Part shown: positions 11,422 to 24,368 of the stretch, in pieces
Layout: every line of letters begins with the position of its first letter
How positions within the stretch are numbered: the first letter of the stretch is position 1
NCBI GenBank assembly: GCA_030390025.1
Contig: CM059432.1
Location: 128,590,001 to 128,654,000 of the forward strand
DNA: 64,000 bases
Source: Squalus acanthias
Taxonomy: Eukaryota
Reading direction: 5' to 3'
Notes under the pieces: model-generated
Seen by the model: only the letters and a program-made list of their open reading frames with translations
Told to the model about the DNA's origin: nothing
Database searches by the model: none
Translations under genes and position numbers: made by a program

Positions 11422-12165
11422 GGCCCAGAAATTGATCTCGCTCTGTTCCCGCGGGGGTAAGCCTTCCCCGCGATGTCTCACCTCGCTTATGCTTTTTCTG
11501 ATCCAGCTCGCACGAACTTGATGTTCCAGACATCAGCTGTGCTGGGCTTGCGTATCCCAGCGGCGCAGTTAATTCGTGCGAGCTGTGGGATCACGTGACT
11601 CAGTTAGAGCCAATGGCAGCACACCATCTTCCATTCATAAGTCTCACAGCATGGCTGTGAGACTTATGAATCTTACACCCCCCCAAAATAACAGCTAAAC
11701 CTCAATTAAATTTAAAAAAAAAACCATCACATTAATAAAATAAGTATAGTTAATTAAATTAACCATTTTAAATAAAAAATTAAATTTTTGAAAAAATTTA
11801 AAATCTTTTAAAAAGTTATAAAAATAAACTTACCTGTCTTTAAAGTCTATAAAAAAGATATACCTGTAAAAAAAAATTCAAAAAAATACTTAATTCACTA
11901 CTTACCTTCTTAAAAGCGGGTCTTACTCCTCCTTTTTACATTTCCAAAATCTTCCCTACTTACCTGCGCGTCCAAAGCATGAAGTGCACAGCGTGCGCGC
12001 AGCCTGTAGCGCGCACGCGATGCACTCAGGCCCCGCCCCCTTTTCGGAAGAGCAATTGCCGGTTTTCAGCGCATGCGCAGGGCATGCAGAAAACCGGCAA
12101 TTGGAGTGGGAATACGCGAGAGTATGCAGTGCGTACTCTCGCGTCCCGGGATCAATTTTCGGCCC
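11422..12165. mobile_element. Harbinger-type MITE with AT-rich core
   Basis: TIRs GGCCCAGAAATTGATC / GATCAATTTTCGGCCC; ATT TSD; inverted homolog at 51780-52547. Confidence 0.85.
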
Positions 12166-12645
12166 ATTGTGTGCACTGACCATTCATGAACTATTGACCC
12201 CACTCCCCGCCTCACATAACGTATGTGTACAAGAAGCATGTTGATGCTGGTGGAAGCAGGGAAAATGACTTTTCTTGATTTCTTTTAGTTTTACTTGTTT
12301 TTCTTCAAGGAAATGGTCAGTTCTAAATCTTGCTGACATGAATTTGCCTATGAGTCCAATGCAGTGACGAGTACATTTTTTTTTAGGTCAGTATGTTTTG
12401 CAGATCCTTGATTACTTTGAATACAAGAGGTCATAGTGACATTTTCAGTGCCTCAGAACTAAAAATTTACAAATGCTCACTGCAGTTTGAATTACTGGAT
12501 ATAAAAGCCCCAAAATATTAGACAGAGGAAACAGGTCCTGCTTCTACTGACTGTCTGAGTCTGAGACAAAGGCTATGTCTGCTAAACCATACTGATGGGA
12601 ATAAGCCGGCGTAACACAGATTTCTTACGCATTCACTGCCTCCTT

Positions 12646-13407
12646 CAACAACAACAACAACTTGCATTTATATAGTTCCTTTCACATTGTAAAATGTTCC
12701 AAGACGCTTCACAGAAGCATTATCAAACAAAATTTGACACCGAGCCACATAAGGAGATATTAGGACAGGTGCTTGGTCAAATAGGTAGGGTTAAAGGAGC
12801 GTCTTATAGGAGAAGAGAGAGGTAGAGAGGCGGAGAAGTTTAGGGAAGGAATTCCAGAGCTTAGGGCCTAGACGGCTGAACCACGGTTGCCAATGGAGGA
12901 TGGACAAGAGGTCAGAATTGGAGGAGTGCAGAGATCTCGGAGATTTGTAGGGCTGGAGGAGGTTACAGAGCTAGGGAGGAGGAAGGCCATGGAGGGATTT
13001 GAAAGCAAGGATAGGGATTTTAGAATCGAGGCGTTGCCGGATCGGGAGCCAATATAGACCAGCGAGCAGAGCGGTGATGGGTGGACGGGACTTGGTGTGA
13101 ATTAGGACACGGGCAGCAGGGTTTTGGATGACCTCAAGTTTATGGAGGGTAGAAGGTGGGCGTCTGGCCAGGAGAGCATTGGAATAGTCAAGTCTAGAGG
13201 TAACAAAGGCATGGATGAGGGTTTCAGCAGCAGATGAGCTGAGGCAGGAGCGGAGACGGGCGATATTACAGAGGTGGAAGTAGGCGGTCTTAGTGATGGA
13301 GAGGATATGGGGTCGGAAGCTCAGCTCAGGGTCAAATATGACACCAAGGTTGCGAACAGTGTGGTTCAGCCTCAGACAGGGAGCGGGATGGAGTTGGTGG
13401 CTAGGGA
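12646..13407 (-). mobile_element. L2 LINE 3' fragment
   Basis: VRNLGVIFDPELSF...LIHAFVTSRLDYSNALL typical of L2 ORF2 C-terminus; (GTT)n tail. Confidence 0.9.
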
Positions 13408-14152
13408 ACAACAAGCGAGAGTCTAACCACCTCCCCTTGACATTCAACGGCATTACCATCGCCGAATCCCCCACTATCAACATCCTGGGGGTCACCATTG
13501 ACCAGAAACTTAACTGGACCAGCCACATAAACACTGTGGCAACTAGAGCAGGTCAGAGGCTAGGTATTCTGCGGCGAGTGTCTCACCTCCTGACCCCCCA
13601 AAGCCTTTCCACCATCTACAAGGCACAAGTAAGGAGTGTGATGGAATACTCTACACTTGCCTGGATGAGTGCAGCTGCAACAACATTCAAGAAGCTCGAC
13701 ACCATCCAGGACAAAGCAACCCGTTTGATTGGCACCCCATCCACCACCTTAAACATTCACTCCCTCCACCACCGGCGTACCGTGGCTGCAGTGTGTACCA
13801 TCTACAAGATGCACTGCAGCAACTCGCCAAGGCTTCTTCGGCAGCACCTCCCAAACCCGCGACCTCTTCCACCTAGCAGGGCAAGGGCAGCAGGCGCATG
13901 GGAACACCACCACCTCCAAGTTCCCCTCCAAGTCACACACCATCCTGACTTAGAAGTATATCGCTGTTCCTTCATCGTCGCTGGGTCAAAATCCTGGAAC
14001 TCCCTCCCTAACAGCACTGTGGGAGTACCTTCACCACACGGACTGCAGCGGTTCAAGAAGCCGGCTCACCACCACCTTCTCAAGGGCAATTAGGGATGGG
14101 CAATAAATGCTGGCCTTGCCAGCGACGCCCACATCCCATGAACAAAAAAAAA
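13408..14152 (+). mobile_element. 5'-truncated LINE of the tRNA-headed family
   Basis: Highly similar to 2695-3430; A-rich end. Confidence 0.9.
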
Positions 14153-14401
14153 TTGAATTTGTGGCGAGGCCCGAAGACAAGGCTTTGGTCTTTCCAATAT
14201 TTCCAATCAACTGCATTCTTGTGTATGAGAATGCAATTGTCTGCCTTCTGCCTGCAGATTACAATCTCTTGTATATATGGGGTAAATTTGGACTTCTCTT
14301 GCCCTCCAGTGAGAGAACACAATAGAATGTTATGGAAGGTGGTTGGAGGGCGGGGGGGGTGGGGGGCGCTATCCCAGGGTCCATTGCAATAGTGAACTGT
14401 A

Positions 14402-14956
14402 GGCCCTATAATTTTGAAAGAAAGAAAGAAAGCAACGAATAATATTAGCAGTACTCTTATCTGCACTTAGGGAACTATGAAGAGAGAAAAGTCAAAAAAG
14501 AACACAGCAATAAAGAGAAGAAATAAATAAGGATGGGAAAAAAGTAAAAGACAGACAGAAAAGAGGGAAAGACGGTGGAGCACTCCTGCTCCTCCTGTCT
14601 CTCCATTCAAGTAAGTAAAAAACTTTAAACGTATCTTTTGGGCGGCAGCCTCCAGCCATCCCTTTAAGGACGGCTGGTTTGGCTGCTGAAGGCCTAAGAA
14701 CACGGACTGCAGCATGCACGGCTCAAGCTGTGGGTAGTGGCTGACAGATTTTACAAATGGGCCTGAACCAGGCATTAGCCCCCTCCCCGTTTTGCCTAGC
14801 GCCAGTTTCTGGCGGGTGCCTTGGACCACTACGGGGTACCGTAACCAGTATGGCTTGTGGCGCACTTCCAGTGCAGACTGAACGTGCTCGTGCCACATGC
14901 CATATTGGGTCCTGCAGCCCGAGAAACGGACACTGTGCAATCGAATTTCTAGGCCC
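14402..14956. mobile_element. Probable Harbinger-type MITE, left end uncertain
   Basis: Right end CGAATTTCTAGGCC identical to the 52547 MITE end; left GGCCCTATAATTTTGA is a weak match; no matching TSD. Confidence 0.45.
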
Positions 14957-17909
14957 AAGGGTCCATTTATACCGTAACTTTTAGCATCACTGAGAAGTTT
15001 TTTCCACTTTGCAAACTTGAAGCAGAACTCTAGAGTTAGGACAAGGCCCGGCTCTGAAGCCTAGTGGTGTGAGACCCCTGGAAGAGGTAGTTGCGCACTA
15101 TTTGGGTTTGTTTTTGCCGGGAGTATAACTCCAATGTTGCATCGAACCTGATTTAAAATTGTCCCTGTGGTTCTCCTGAGCACTTATTAAATGGACTTAA
15201 TGTTGATTTAAATATTTAGAGACTATAGATGCTCCCGTCGGCATTTAATTTCAACCAGACGCGAGGAGAGCTCTGCTCACATAAGCACATAGGATCAGAG
15301 CATTCTCCTGGGCAGCCCTTTAGCTGCAGTATGAATGCACGATAAAACTAAAAAAAAGGGTTAAAGTTTGGGCGCAAGAGGTTAATCTAAAACCAGAACT
15401 AAAGTTCTTTTGAAGCGGTGGGGGCTTCTCTTGATCTCCTCGCATAATGTCGGCAGAAGATTGGCGAAAACCCCAAAAAATAATCAGTACAAGAGGATCC
15501 AGTTGGAAGTATTTCAATTAAATCTATTGGTCCACGGAATAAACATATTTAGGGCTGAGCACTGGACCAGATTTGTAAACTGAAGTGAATACTTTTCACT
15601 AAAACGGTATGATGCACCTTTTTGCAGCTGGCTGTCTCTATATCCTGCCATTTGTTTCATGCACCATGCTAGATGCTGTGGAAACTACAAGAGCCACAGC
15701 AGTAAAACTTGGTTTGGTAGCCTAGTGAAGCTTGCCTGATACCCAATGGCCAAGTGCAGGGATGGACCAATGCTTAGTGGTGAAGGAAAACCAATTTCAA
15801 ACATCCCTGACAACAGGATTACTTTAATACAAAAGAGAACTTTTAATGATGGCTAAGCCACTTTAAAATGCAAGTTGAGAACAAAGAATATGGAGGAACA
15901 TTTTTAACAGACATTACTCAGATAAAAGAAGCAGTTGTGGCCAAGGGCAAATCTGGGCTTGCTATGGAACCAGTGGAACTGACCAGCACTGTCTTGAGAT
16001 AAGACCCTCATTAAACTGCTACAAGTGACACGCATCATGAAGTAACCCCACTAAACTTTGAACCAATCATGGATAACAAGGGGAAAAGCCATGCTTGCAT
16101 GAGCCAATCATTGAGGTGTACATGTAAATACTACAAGAAGAATCTGAGCACAAATAATATAAGAACTGACACAGCACTTTGTTTTTTTTACTGCAGTCGG
16201 CCGGGATAAAGTTATCCTGGTCTAATGAAGAGAAGACGTCTAAACATTTCAACAGACTTCAAGCAATCGTCGGTTTGCCCACAAGACTCCAGACAGTTTA
16301 AGTTGGGTTCTTATTTAATACGTGAGTTAATGGTTAAATAAAAGATCTCTGGGAGATAGTGTATCTGTATGGTTTTATGTTAAAGTGGATTCAGGTCTAT
16401 GAACCCTACTCTAACACCTAATGTAGGAGGTGTGAAAGTCGTAAATAATTCCTACAGTGGAGATCTTCGTCCATTTCGATGTTAGTTTAGTACATTGGAT
16501 GGTATGTATTTGAGTTTACATGGTCCTAGGTAGGGTCCGTCTATCCATTGTGTTCTGCCCCTGGGGCAGGTCCTAACTTAAGTCTCACACATGAGATTCT
16601 TGAGGCACTTACTCGGCAAGAGTAGCTGAGGTGGTTTCCCATTGGCTTCCTCATGGTTATTATCTTTTCCTAGGTGGGATACAGCCAGGGCTAAAGAGCC
16701 TCAGATACTCTTTGCGATGGGGGGGAGGGAGGGCACCCACCTCCATCGGACGCAAGCACCCCCCCCCCCCCCCCCCCGATATCAATCAGAGCTGGCGCTA
16801 TGGTTTCTGCTCACCGGGGCTATCCGGAGTGGTGCCTGAACCCAACCTTTCTGACTCAGAGGCAGGATCCTAGGTAAGGTAGCCATGTCCATTCATGATG
16901 AATGAATCTCCATGTTTCCTGGTGATCCAGGTGCAGACATGTGGGATTGCAATCAGTTTTCAGATTCATGAACAGCCAAGTAGTAGGGTTCCAAATCTGA
17001 ACCTCAACTCAAGGACTCTTCCAAAATACGTCACATCAATAACATTGAACTGTACACATGCTTTAAAGGGCTGAAGAATGACCATCTACTTGTCAATTCA
17101 GGCCAAGTTCATCAATTCAAAATCAACCATTCAGTGACCATGGCACATTCAGCTTGAACTGATTGTTGGTAAACAAATTATATTGTTTCAAAATTGACAA
17201 GCTAGGCTTTTACTTTACAACTTTAAAAGTGGTGTTTCCTGTGCAGTTTTGGTTAGACAGTACCAGCAGATATTATTTAACAAGGTTGCCAAATTGTCTT
17301 TGCTTTTCTCTCTGTTAAGAATTTCCATCCTCTTTGCCAGTATTTTTAAGCAATAAGGAATTCATCATGTCCCACCGGATAGATTTCGTTTGTTGCTGTA
17401 TCTGTTACTCAGCACATTTCCCCTCAAACTGCAGGACAGTTCAACAGCCAAAGTTGTGAAAGATTGGTCTGAAGCAGACGTGGGAGATTGCCGGAAAGTC
17501 AAACAATCCCACTGGGGCCATATTCCACCACTCACTTCCCGTTGTAACTGCTTTTCCCAGCAATCCCACAATAAAGAAACACCATCCCAGGAATGACGGT
17601 TGCCTCTGTTTGTTGTGGCAGGAGATCCTGGTGCAGTGATGCGAATAGTTAGAGAGACTAGATTCTGCAATGCTCTACAGCTCATCACGGTGCTCACCCA
17701 GAACGATGGCAACTAAGTCTGCTTTCACTCTCAGTCAGACGGAAAAAGAAAAATAGAGGCCGGAAATCTGAAATAAAAACAGAAATGCTCGAAATACGGA
17801 TCATTCAGCACCTCAAAGGGGCTGGTTAATGTTATAAATGGGATCTGCATTGGAGAGTCAAATAATTAGTCATGAGAATTCATGTAGGACTAGAAGATTT
17901 AATATATTA

Positions 17910-18345
17910 AAAGAAAGACTTGCATTTATATAGCGCCTCAGGACGTCCCATAGCATTTTACAGCCAATGAAGTACTTTTTGGAGTGCAGTTACTGTTGTA
18001 ATGTAGGGAACGCAGCAGCCAATTTGCGCACAGCAAGCTCCCACAAACAGCAACATGATAATGACCAGATAATCTGTTTTAGTGATGTTGGTTGAGGGAT
18101 TAATATTGGCCAGGACACTGAGGAGAATTCCCCTGCTCTTCTTCTAATAGTGCCATGGGATCTTTTACATCCACCTGAGAGAGCAGACGTTAGTTTAACG
18201 TTTCGTCTGAAAAACGGCACCTCCGACAGTGCAACATTCCTACGGTACTGCACTGCAGTGCCAGCCTAGATTTTGTGCTCAAGTCTCTGGAATGGGACTT
18301 GAACCCACAACCTTCTGACTCAGAGGCGAGAGTGCCACAGCTGAC
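17910..18345 (-). mobile_element. SacSINE1-like DeuSINE (tRNA head, Deu core, L2-like tail)
   Basis: B box GGTTCAAGTCC on minus strand; core CTCTCAGGTGGATGTAAAAGATCCCATGGCACTATT; tail CTATATAAATGCAAGT shared with L2; inverted copy at 59072. Confidence 0.85.
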
Positions 18346-18673
18346 ACTATGGCCTAGAAATTGGACATGGCCCAAAAACGGGCAGTGCCATGGCCCAGTG
18401 CTATTAAGCTGCACAGGGTAAAACTGGTCGAGGTAGCTTGCAAAATTCATGCCCAGTCCTCATTAACATGATTATAGTGCTGATCTCAGCGCTAAAACCG
18501 CTGCACATTGGCTTACCACTCAACAGGTGGACGAATATCGAATCCAGTCTAATTCGCAGTCATATTTGGCTTAGGCTTTAGTCAGTACTTAAAGGGGAGG
18601 TGCATTGATGCTACAGCACCTCATTGTCATTTCAGTTGGAACTGCGCCTGGAAGCAAATGCTACTACAAAGAG

Positions 18674-20608
18674 ATGGCTGAGCCTCAGCACAGGGAGAGA
18701 GCCAGAAGATTCTGAGACGCGGCTCTGGAGACACTGGTGGTGACCGTGGAGAGGAGGTGGGCTGTTCTCTTCCCGCAAGCCGGCAGGCAGCCATCGGCCC
18801 TTACATCCAGAAGGCTGTGGCGGGAGATAGCCGATTATGTGATAGCTACCAGTGTGGTCCCCAGGTCCTCCGCAATGCCGCAAGAAGTTTAATGACCTCA
18901 CACGGCAGGTCAAGGTGAGTGACGGCTTCAGCAAGTGCCATATCCCACCATCTGCACCACAAGCCTCACACACTGCTCAATGCACCACACCCCCATCACT
19001 CACTTACCAACAATCTCTACCTTTCCCCACTCAGACCTCACAATCAGAGCTTCACTTCACCCTCACAAAATTACCACTGCTGCAACACTCACACCCACAT
19101 CTCACACCTTGCACACACTGACAGCTATTCAACTATGGCAGGCACATCACCCAAACACATTGCACCACACTCACTGACACACTTCCCTTTCTCTTGCACG
19201 GCAAGGTCACTCACAATCACCGGGAACAGCGGGGGGCAAGCTGCCATACAGGACCTGAGCCAACTGGAGGAGCAAGTGCTCGACATCATTGGGTGGGAAG
19301 TCATGGAAGCCGTGGCAACCGGCGAGTTTGAAGCCCTTGGGAACAACAATGGTATGCTCATTCCTAATGCTTCTTCTCACATCCCACTTCCCCCTCATCC
19401 CACAATCTCTTCTCACTTTCAAGCTGCTGATGCTGTATGCATGTAGATCATGCTTCCCGCCCCCCCCCTCCCCTCCCCTCACCACAACCCGACCGTTGTG
19501 CCTTTCTGCTTTCAGATAACCCAGACCAAGCAGCAGCCCAGCCTGTCCCCGAGGCAACGGAGGAGAGGGCGGGGGGGGGGGGATGGTGGGGGGAGAAGAA
19601 GGCACACTGTTACTGCATCCAACACTCGCAGACACCAGCTCAGAAACTGGGACTGTGCAGAATTTAGAGGGTAGTGCAGAAGCGAGATCTGCACAGGGTG
19701 AGGCACCGGGCACGAGTGGGCTGCAGCAAGGCCAGGGGGAAAGGGTCGCTCGGGGGCCAGCTCCCCGGGGGGCGAGTTCACACGCGAGTTCTGCTGCACA
19801 CGACTCAGATGAGGACCTCGATGGGGCGGCCTTCAGAAGAAGGGTGATGGGCATGCACACGGAAATGCTAGGTGCAAGGGCAAGCCTGGCAGAGAGCTTC
19901 TTGGCAATGTCAAGGAGCATGGAAGATTCCGCCTCCAACGTTGCATGGGGCTTTGCGCCGAGCTTGGAGCCCATGATTTCCAGGCTGGAAATGATGGACA
20001 ACTCCAGGAGAGACCGTGTCGGCCTAGATATGATGCAATGTGTGATGGGGGCTGTTGCGGTTGCCATTGCAGCACAGGCGGAAGCGACCCAACGTCTTAG
20101 TGCTGCAGCGGAAGCGTATACCGCTGTCCTACAGTCTCAGCTTGCTGCCACCCAACCTCTGACTACTGCCATCGTGGCTGGGTTTACCACTGTTGACCGG
20201 GGCTTGCAGGGTGTCGCAGCAGCCCAGCAATCTGTGCTCCAACAGATTGTTAGGAATGCTGATGCTCTGCCCCGGGGGAGTGGCAGTGGGCCAGTGGAGC
20301 ATGACCCTGCTGTCCTTTCTCAGGATGACAGCATTCCTGTTCCCACCACTGCTACTCCCCATTGCTCTTGCTGCTGCCTGTCAGCCAGCCAGCCCAGACT
20401 GCTGCCGCCCATGCCCAGGTGGTGCTGTCTACAGCTGGGCCCTCTAGGTCCAGGGCTGCTCGAGGGCATCCTGCAAAGCCATCTGAAGTCTCCCCTACGG
20501 AAACTCAGCAGCCTTCCACCAGCCATGCTGCAGCCACTGGGAGAGCACTTCATAGGAGCACTAGATCAGGAAAGGACACCCGAACGACTGGCACTAAGGG
20601 ATTGCACA
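18674..20608 (+). pseudogene. Harbinger Myb/SANT-like accessory gene, three exons (~18674-18914, ~19200-19351, 19516-~20608)
   Basis: MAEPQHRERARRF*DAALETLV...LWREIA...QCRKKFNDLTRQVK then GTGAGT donor; long Ala/Ser-rich exon 3 (ORF 19583-20638); in-frame stop and frameshift present. Confidence 0.75.
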
Positions 20609-20609
20609 A

Positions 20610-21167
20610 CTGTGCACACTTTTGGTCTCCTTATCTGAGGAAGGATATACTTGCCTTAGAGGCAGCGCAATGAAGGTTCACTGGATTGATTCCTGGGGTG
20701 AGAGGGTTGTCCTATGAGGAGAGATTGAGTAGAATGGGCCTATGCTCTCTGGAGTTTAGAAGAATCAGAGGTAATCTCATTGGAACATGCAAGATTTTGA
20801 AGGGGACTGACAGGGTAGATGCTGAGAAGTTGTTTCCCCTGGCTGGAGTGTCTAGAACTAAGGGGGCATAGTCTCAGGATAAGGGGTCGGCCATTTAAGA
20901 CTGAGAGGAGGAGGACTTTCTTCACTCAGAGGGTTGTGAATCTTTGGAATTCTCTGCCCCAGAGGGTTGTGAATGCTGAGTCTTTGAGTATATTCAAGGC
21001 GGAGCTAGATAGATTTTTGGGCTCTAGGGGAATCAAGGGATATGGAGATCGTGCGGGAAAGTGGAGCTGAGGTCGAAGATCAGCCATGATCTTATTGAAT
21101 GGCGGAGCAAGCTCGAGGGACCGTATGGCCTACTCCTGCTCCTAATTCTTATGTTCTTATGTTCTTA
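20610..21167 (+). mobile_element. CR1 3' fragment inserted into Harbinger A
   Basis: FFTQRVVNLWNSLP; TTCTTATG tail repeats; TGCACAA duplicated at 20603-20609 and 21168-21174. Confidence 0.9.
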
Positions 21168-21362
21168 TGCACAAGGGTGATTAGTTGATATTGTATGTGT
21201 AAATTGATTGTTGATAAATTTAATAATTTTGTTTGGAATCTTTTGTGGTGGCTCTCATTTCATTTTTGATCCCAGGAGAACGCTGTGATGTTCTGTGACA
21301 GAGGAATGGTATGATGGGGATGTGGTTGATGGGGATGAGGTGACCAATGGGGATCTGGAGTT

Positions 21363-22520
21363 TCATTCACTGAAATTGGAGTCTGATGAAGCGTTCACGG
21401 ACAGCTCGTGCTGAAGGGGGATTTTCTGCCTGCCTCCTCCCTTCCTCCTCATCCTCCTCCTCTTCCTCTTTCTCCTCCTGCTCCTCCCCTCCTCCTCTCC
21501 CTCGTCCTCTTCCTGAGGTGGTCCCACAATCTCTGTTGGCAAGGACTGCACCCTCATGATGGCCAATTTGTGGAGCATGCAGCAGACCACCACGAAATGG
21601 GACACCCACTCTGCTGAGTACTGGAGGGCTCCTCCTGAGCGGTCAAGGCAGCGGAACCGTTGCTTCAGTAGCCCGATGGGCTGCTCGATGATGTTCCTGG
21701 TGGCAGTATGGCTCTCATTATATGAGTGCTGGGCATGAGTGGTGGGGTTGCGGAGGGTAGTCATCAGCCAGGTGCAGAGTGGATAGCCCTTGTCTCCGAG
21801 CAGCCACCCTTGGGTTTGATGTGGTGGTTGAAAGATTTGCTGGCACACCGGTCTGACGCAGGATGAGGGCATCATGACTGCTGCCAGGATAGCGGGCATT
21901 GACCATCAGGAAGCGCTGGGCGTGGTTGCACAACAACTGCACATTAAGTGAGTGGTAGACTTGGTCTTTGCGGTTATAGAAGATCTCACGTGGATGCAGT
22001 CGATGGCGCTTTGCACCATGGGGAAGCCCGCTATCCTGGAAAAGACACATGCACACTCCTCCTGCTTCTCTCTGCTCAGAGAGAAGACAACGTAGTCCCT
22101 TCTCCTGGTGTAGAGAGCTCAGTGACCTCTGGGATGCAGCAATGGACGGCGAACTGGGAGGTGTTAGCTATGTCTCCTGCTGCAGACTGGAAGGATCCGC
22201 TGGCGCAGAAACTGAGGGCCACGGTGACCTTGACGGCCACTGAGAGAGCCGTGTTCACTCTGCTCTGAGGCTGCAGGTCTGGTTGCAGGAGGTGGCAGAG
22301 TTCTGTGACCATCTCCTTGGTGAAGCAGAGCCTCCTAATACACTGCTCCTCGCTTAAGTGGAGGTAGGAGACGTGCTCTCGGAAGACCCTAGGTGGGTAA
22401 GGCCTCCTGTTGAGAGTCCTCCTGACCCTCCTCCTCCTCTCTCTGCGCACATCTTCTCCTCTTCACTGCCTCTGCTCCCTCTCCCGAAGGTACTCGAGCG
22501 TGAGGGGGTCTGCCTCCTGA
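21363..22520 (-). pseudogene. Harbinger DDE transposase, frameshifted
   Basis: [58 protein letters not shown] spread over three frames. Confidence 0.9.
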
Positions 22521-24368
22521 CTGTGAGCAAGTGATGTGAACAGAAGCCTTTAAATGAGAATGAAGGTATTCTCCACTTGCTCCAACACTCCCCGTCACCT
22601 AAGGACCTTGAAAGAAGTTTAGAAAGTTGCTGGAGTTGCAGGAAGTTTCACAGAGCCATTCAAACTGAACAAACATGTCAGCTGCAAGTCGTTGCTGATG
22701 ATCCTTTATATAACGCTGCTGGAGCCTCCTTCCTGCTCGGTCAGCTGGACAATGAGGCTCCTCTAAAAGACAGACGGGGGCCTACTTAACATTCAAAAGT
22801 CTCGTCCCGATGACATCATCGCGACTTGCATTCAACGGTGAGGGGGAGGCTCGCGCTGTGGGATTCCCAGCAGCAGATTCGAGGTGGGAGGTGACAACTG
22901 GCCAAGGTAGGTGCTTGAGATCTGCTCCGTTTAGCACACCTTGTAGGCCAAGAGGAGCAGGAGTGCTCCCTGCAGGCCTCACAAGGAAGCCTTCGGCCTC
23001 CCCTTGCCTTGACCGCGGCCCCGATGTTCTCTTCCACCCCCCTCCCCACTGATTGCGGCCCGGTTTTCCTCTCTCTCCCCTCCCAGTGGCCCGATTGAGG
23101 CCCCATTGTCTTCTCTACCACCCCCCCACCCTTCCTCCTGATACCAGCCCAGAGCTTCCATCCTATACCGCTAGATATTGACCCACAGATCCCCGGCTGT
23201 GGTTTCCTGCTGCATGTGTTAAGCCGGTAAGGCTGTCAATCTGGCTGGCTGTCAGGTTAGATTCAGCAGCAGCTTCACCTCCCCGGTCTTGCCGGGCTTT
23301 CCCTGCGCTACTGTGCTCCCCCGCACCCTTCCTGTCTCCCCGTTAATATCTGTGAGTGCAGAATTAACTTATATGTACCATGACTCTTTCTGATACATAA
23401 GCTTTGGAGATGACAGTAATTCAGGAATGGAGCCCCTGAAACCAGGGCTCAGTTGAAACAACAGAACATTCCAAGGGTTAGAATAAGTGCTCCCAGCGCA
23501 ACGCGCCATGTGATGGGAGCATATTTTGGGAATTCGGGGGCAGAGGTCAGTGTGCCCGGAATGATATTTCATCCACAAAAAACTCTGTGGCTGGAATTTT
23601 CCGACTGCCGTGCGTGCGGGATTGGAGGCGGGTCGGAAGTGAAAGTTGAAATAAATCAGAGCGGGTCGGGAAGCCGCCGTCATCCCGCCTCCTCGCGCCT
23701 TTTACTCAGGCGCGTTTTCCAGCGCGGCCGCGTCCTGAACGGCAGAGGCGGCCGACCTAATTTAGATAATTATTAGGTTGTTGTCAGACCCTTAAGCGTC
23801 CTTGTAACCCTGCCTTTGGAATTTCACTGCATGACCACGGAAACCACATCTGTGAACCTAAGGCGGAAGTTCAGTGGCCATTGATGGAACTCATTACTGC
23901 ACAGCATGGAAAGTGCAATAAATACTCTCACCTGACACCTGGTTACTTTCCTAAGGCAGATGCTGTTGCTGAGTGCATTGTCAGCACAGATTTAGGTTTC
24001 TAGAGGTTGGAAGTGTTTTCAGCAAATTCAGGAACCATTTTCACCTCATTGGTACAACCTAACACACCATTGACAGATTGCTTCTCTCATCTCTACTTGA
24101 CCTGCCATCCTCAGAATCGGACCATGATGAGCCCCAACACCAGCAGCACCAGACACACCAGCAGCACCAACAACAACAACACCAACCTTCTCCTTAACCA
24201 CCTGATGCTGCACAGGACAGAGGGCATCAGCGCAGGGCTGCACTGCACCGGAGGCGATACCCCCAACACAGGGTATATAGGCAGAGGATGAGCTTCTTCA
24301 ACATGACTGAGCAGTAGTGCCAAAGGAGGCTCCGGCTAGCGTGCCAGGTCATTGCAGACATTTGTAGC

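Larger units (their letters stand above)
18351..23352. mobile_element. PIF/Harbinger transposon A (Myb/SANT gene on +, transposase on -), decayed; ends approximate
   Basis: Convergent Myb-like and DDE genes; left GGCCTAGAAATTGG; right ...CCCGTTAATATC resembles MITE termini. Confidence 0.8.

Noticed and set aside
13293..14093. 266-aa novel protein
   Set aside because: Chance fusion of antisense L2 sequence with a LINE RT C-terminus
15725..16416. Possible third solo LTR (AATAAA, ends in AACA, CCTA on both sides)
   Set aside because: No TG start or terminal inverted repeat; a 4-bp match is expected by chance
17365..17712. Possible host exon (115-aa ORF in unique DNA)
   Set aside because: No recognisable domain, no clear splice sites and no partner exons; needs BLASTX or RNA-seq
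19207..20067. 286-aa minus-strand ORF
   Set aside because: Antisense shadow of the GC-rich Harbinger Myb exon 3
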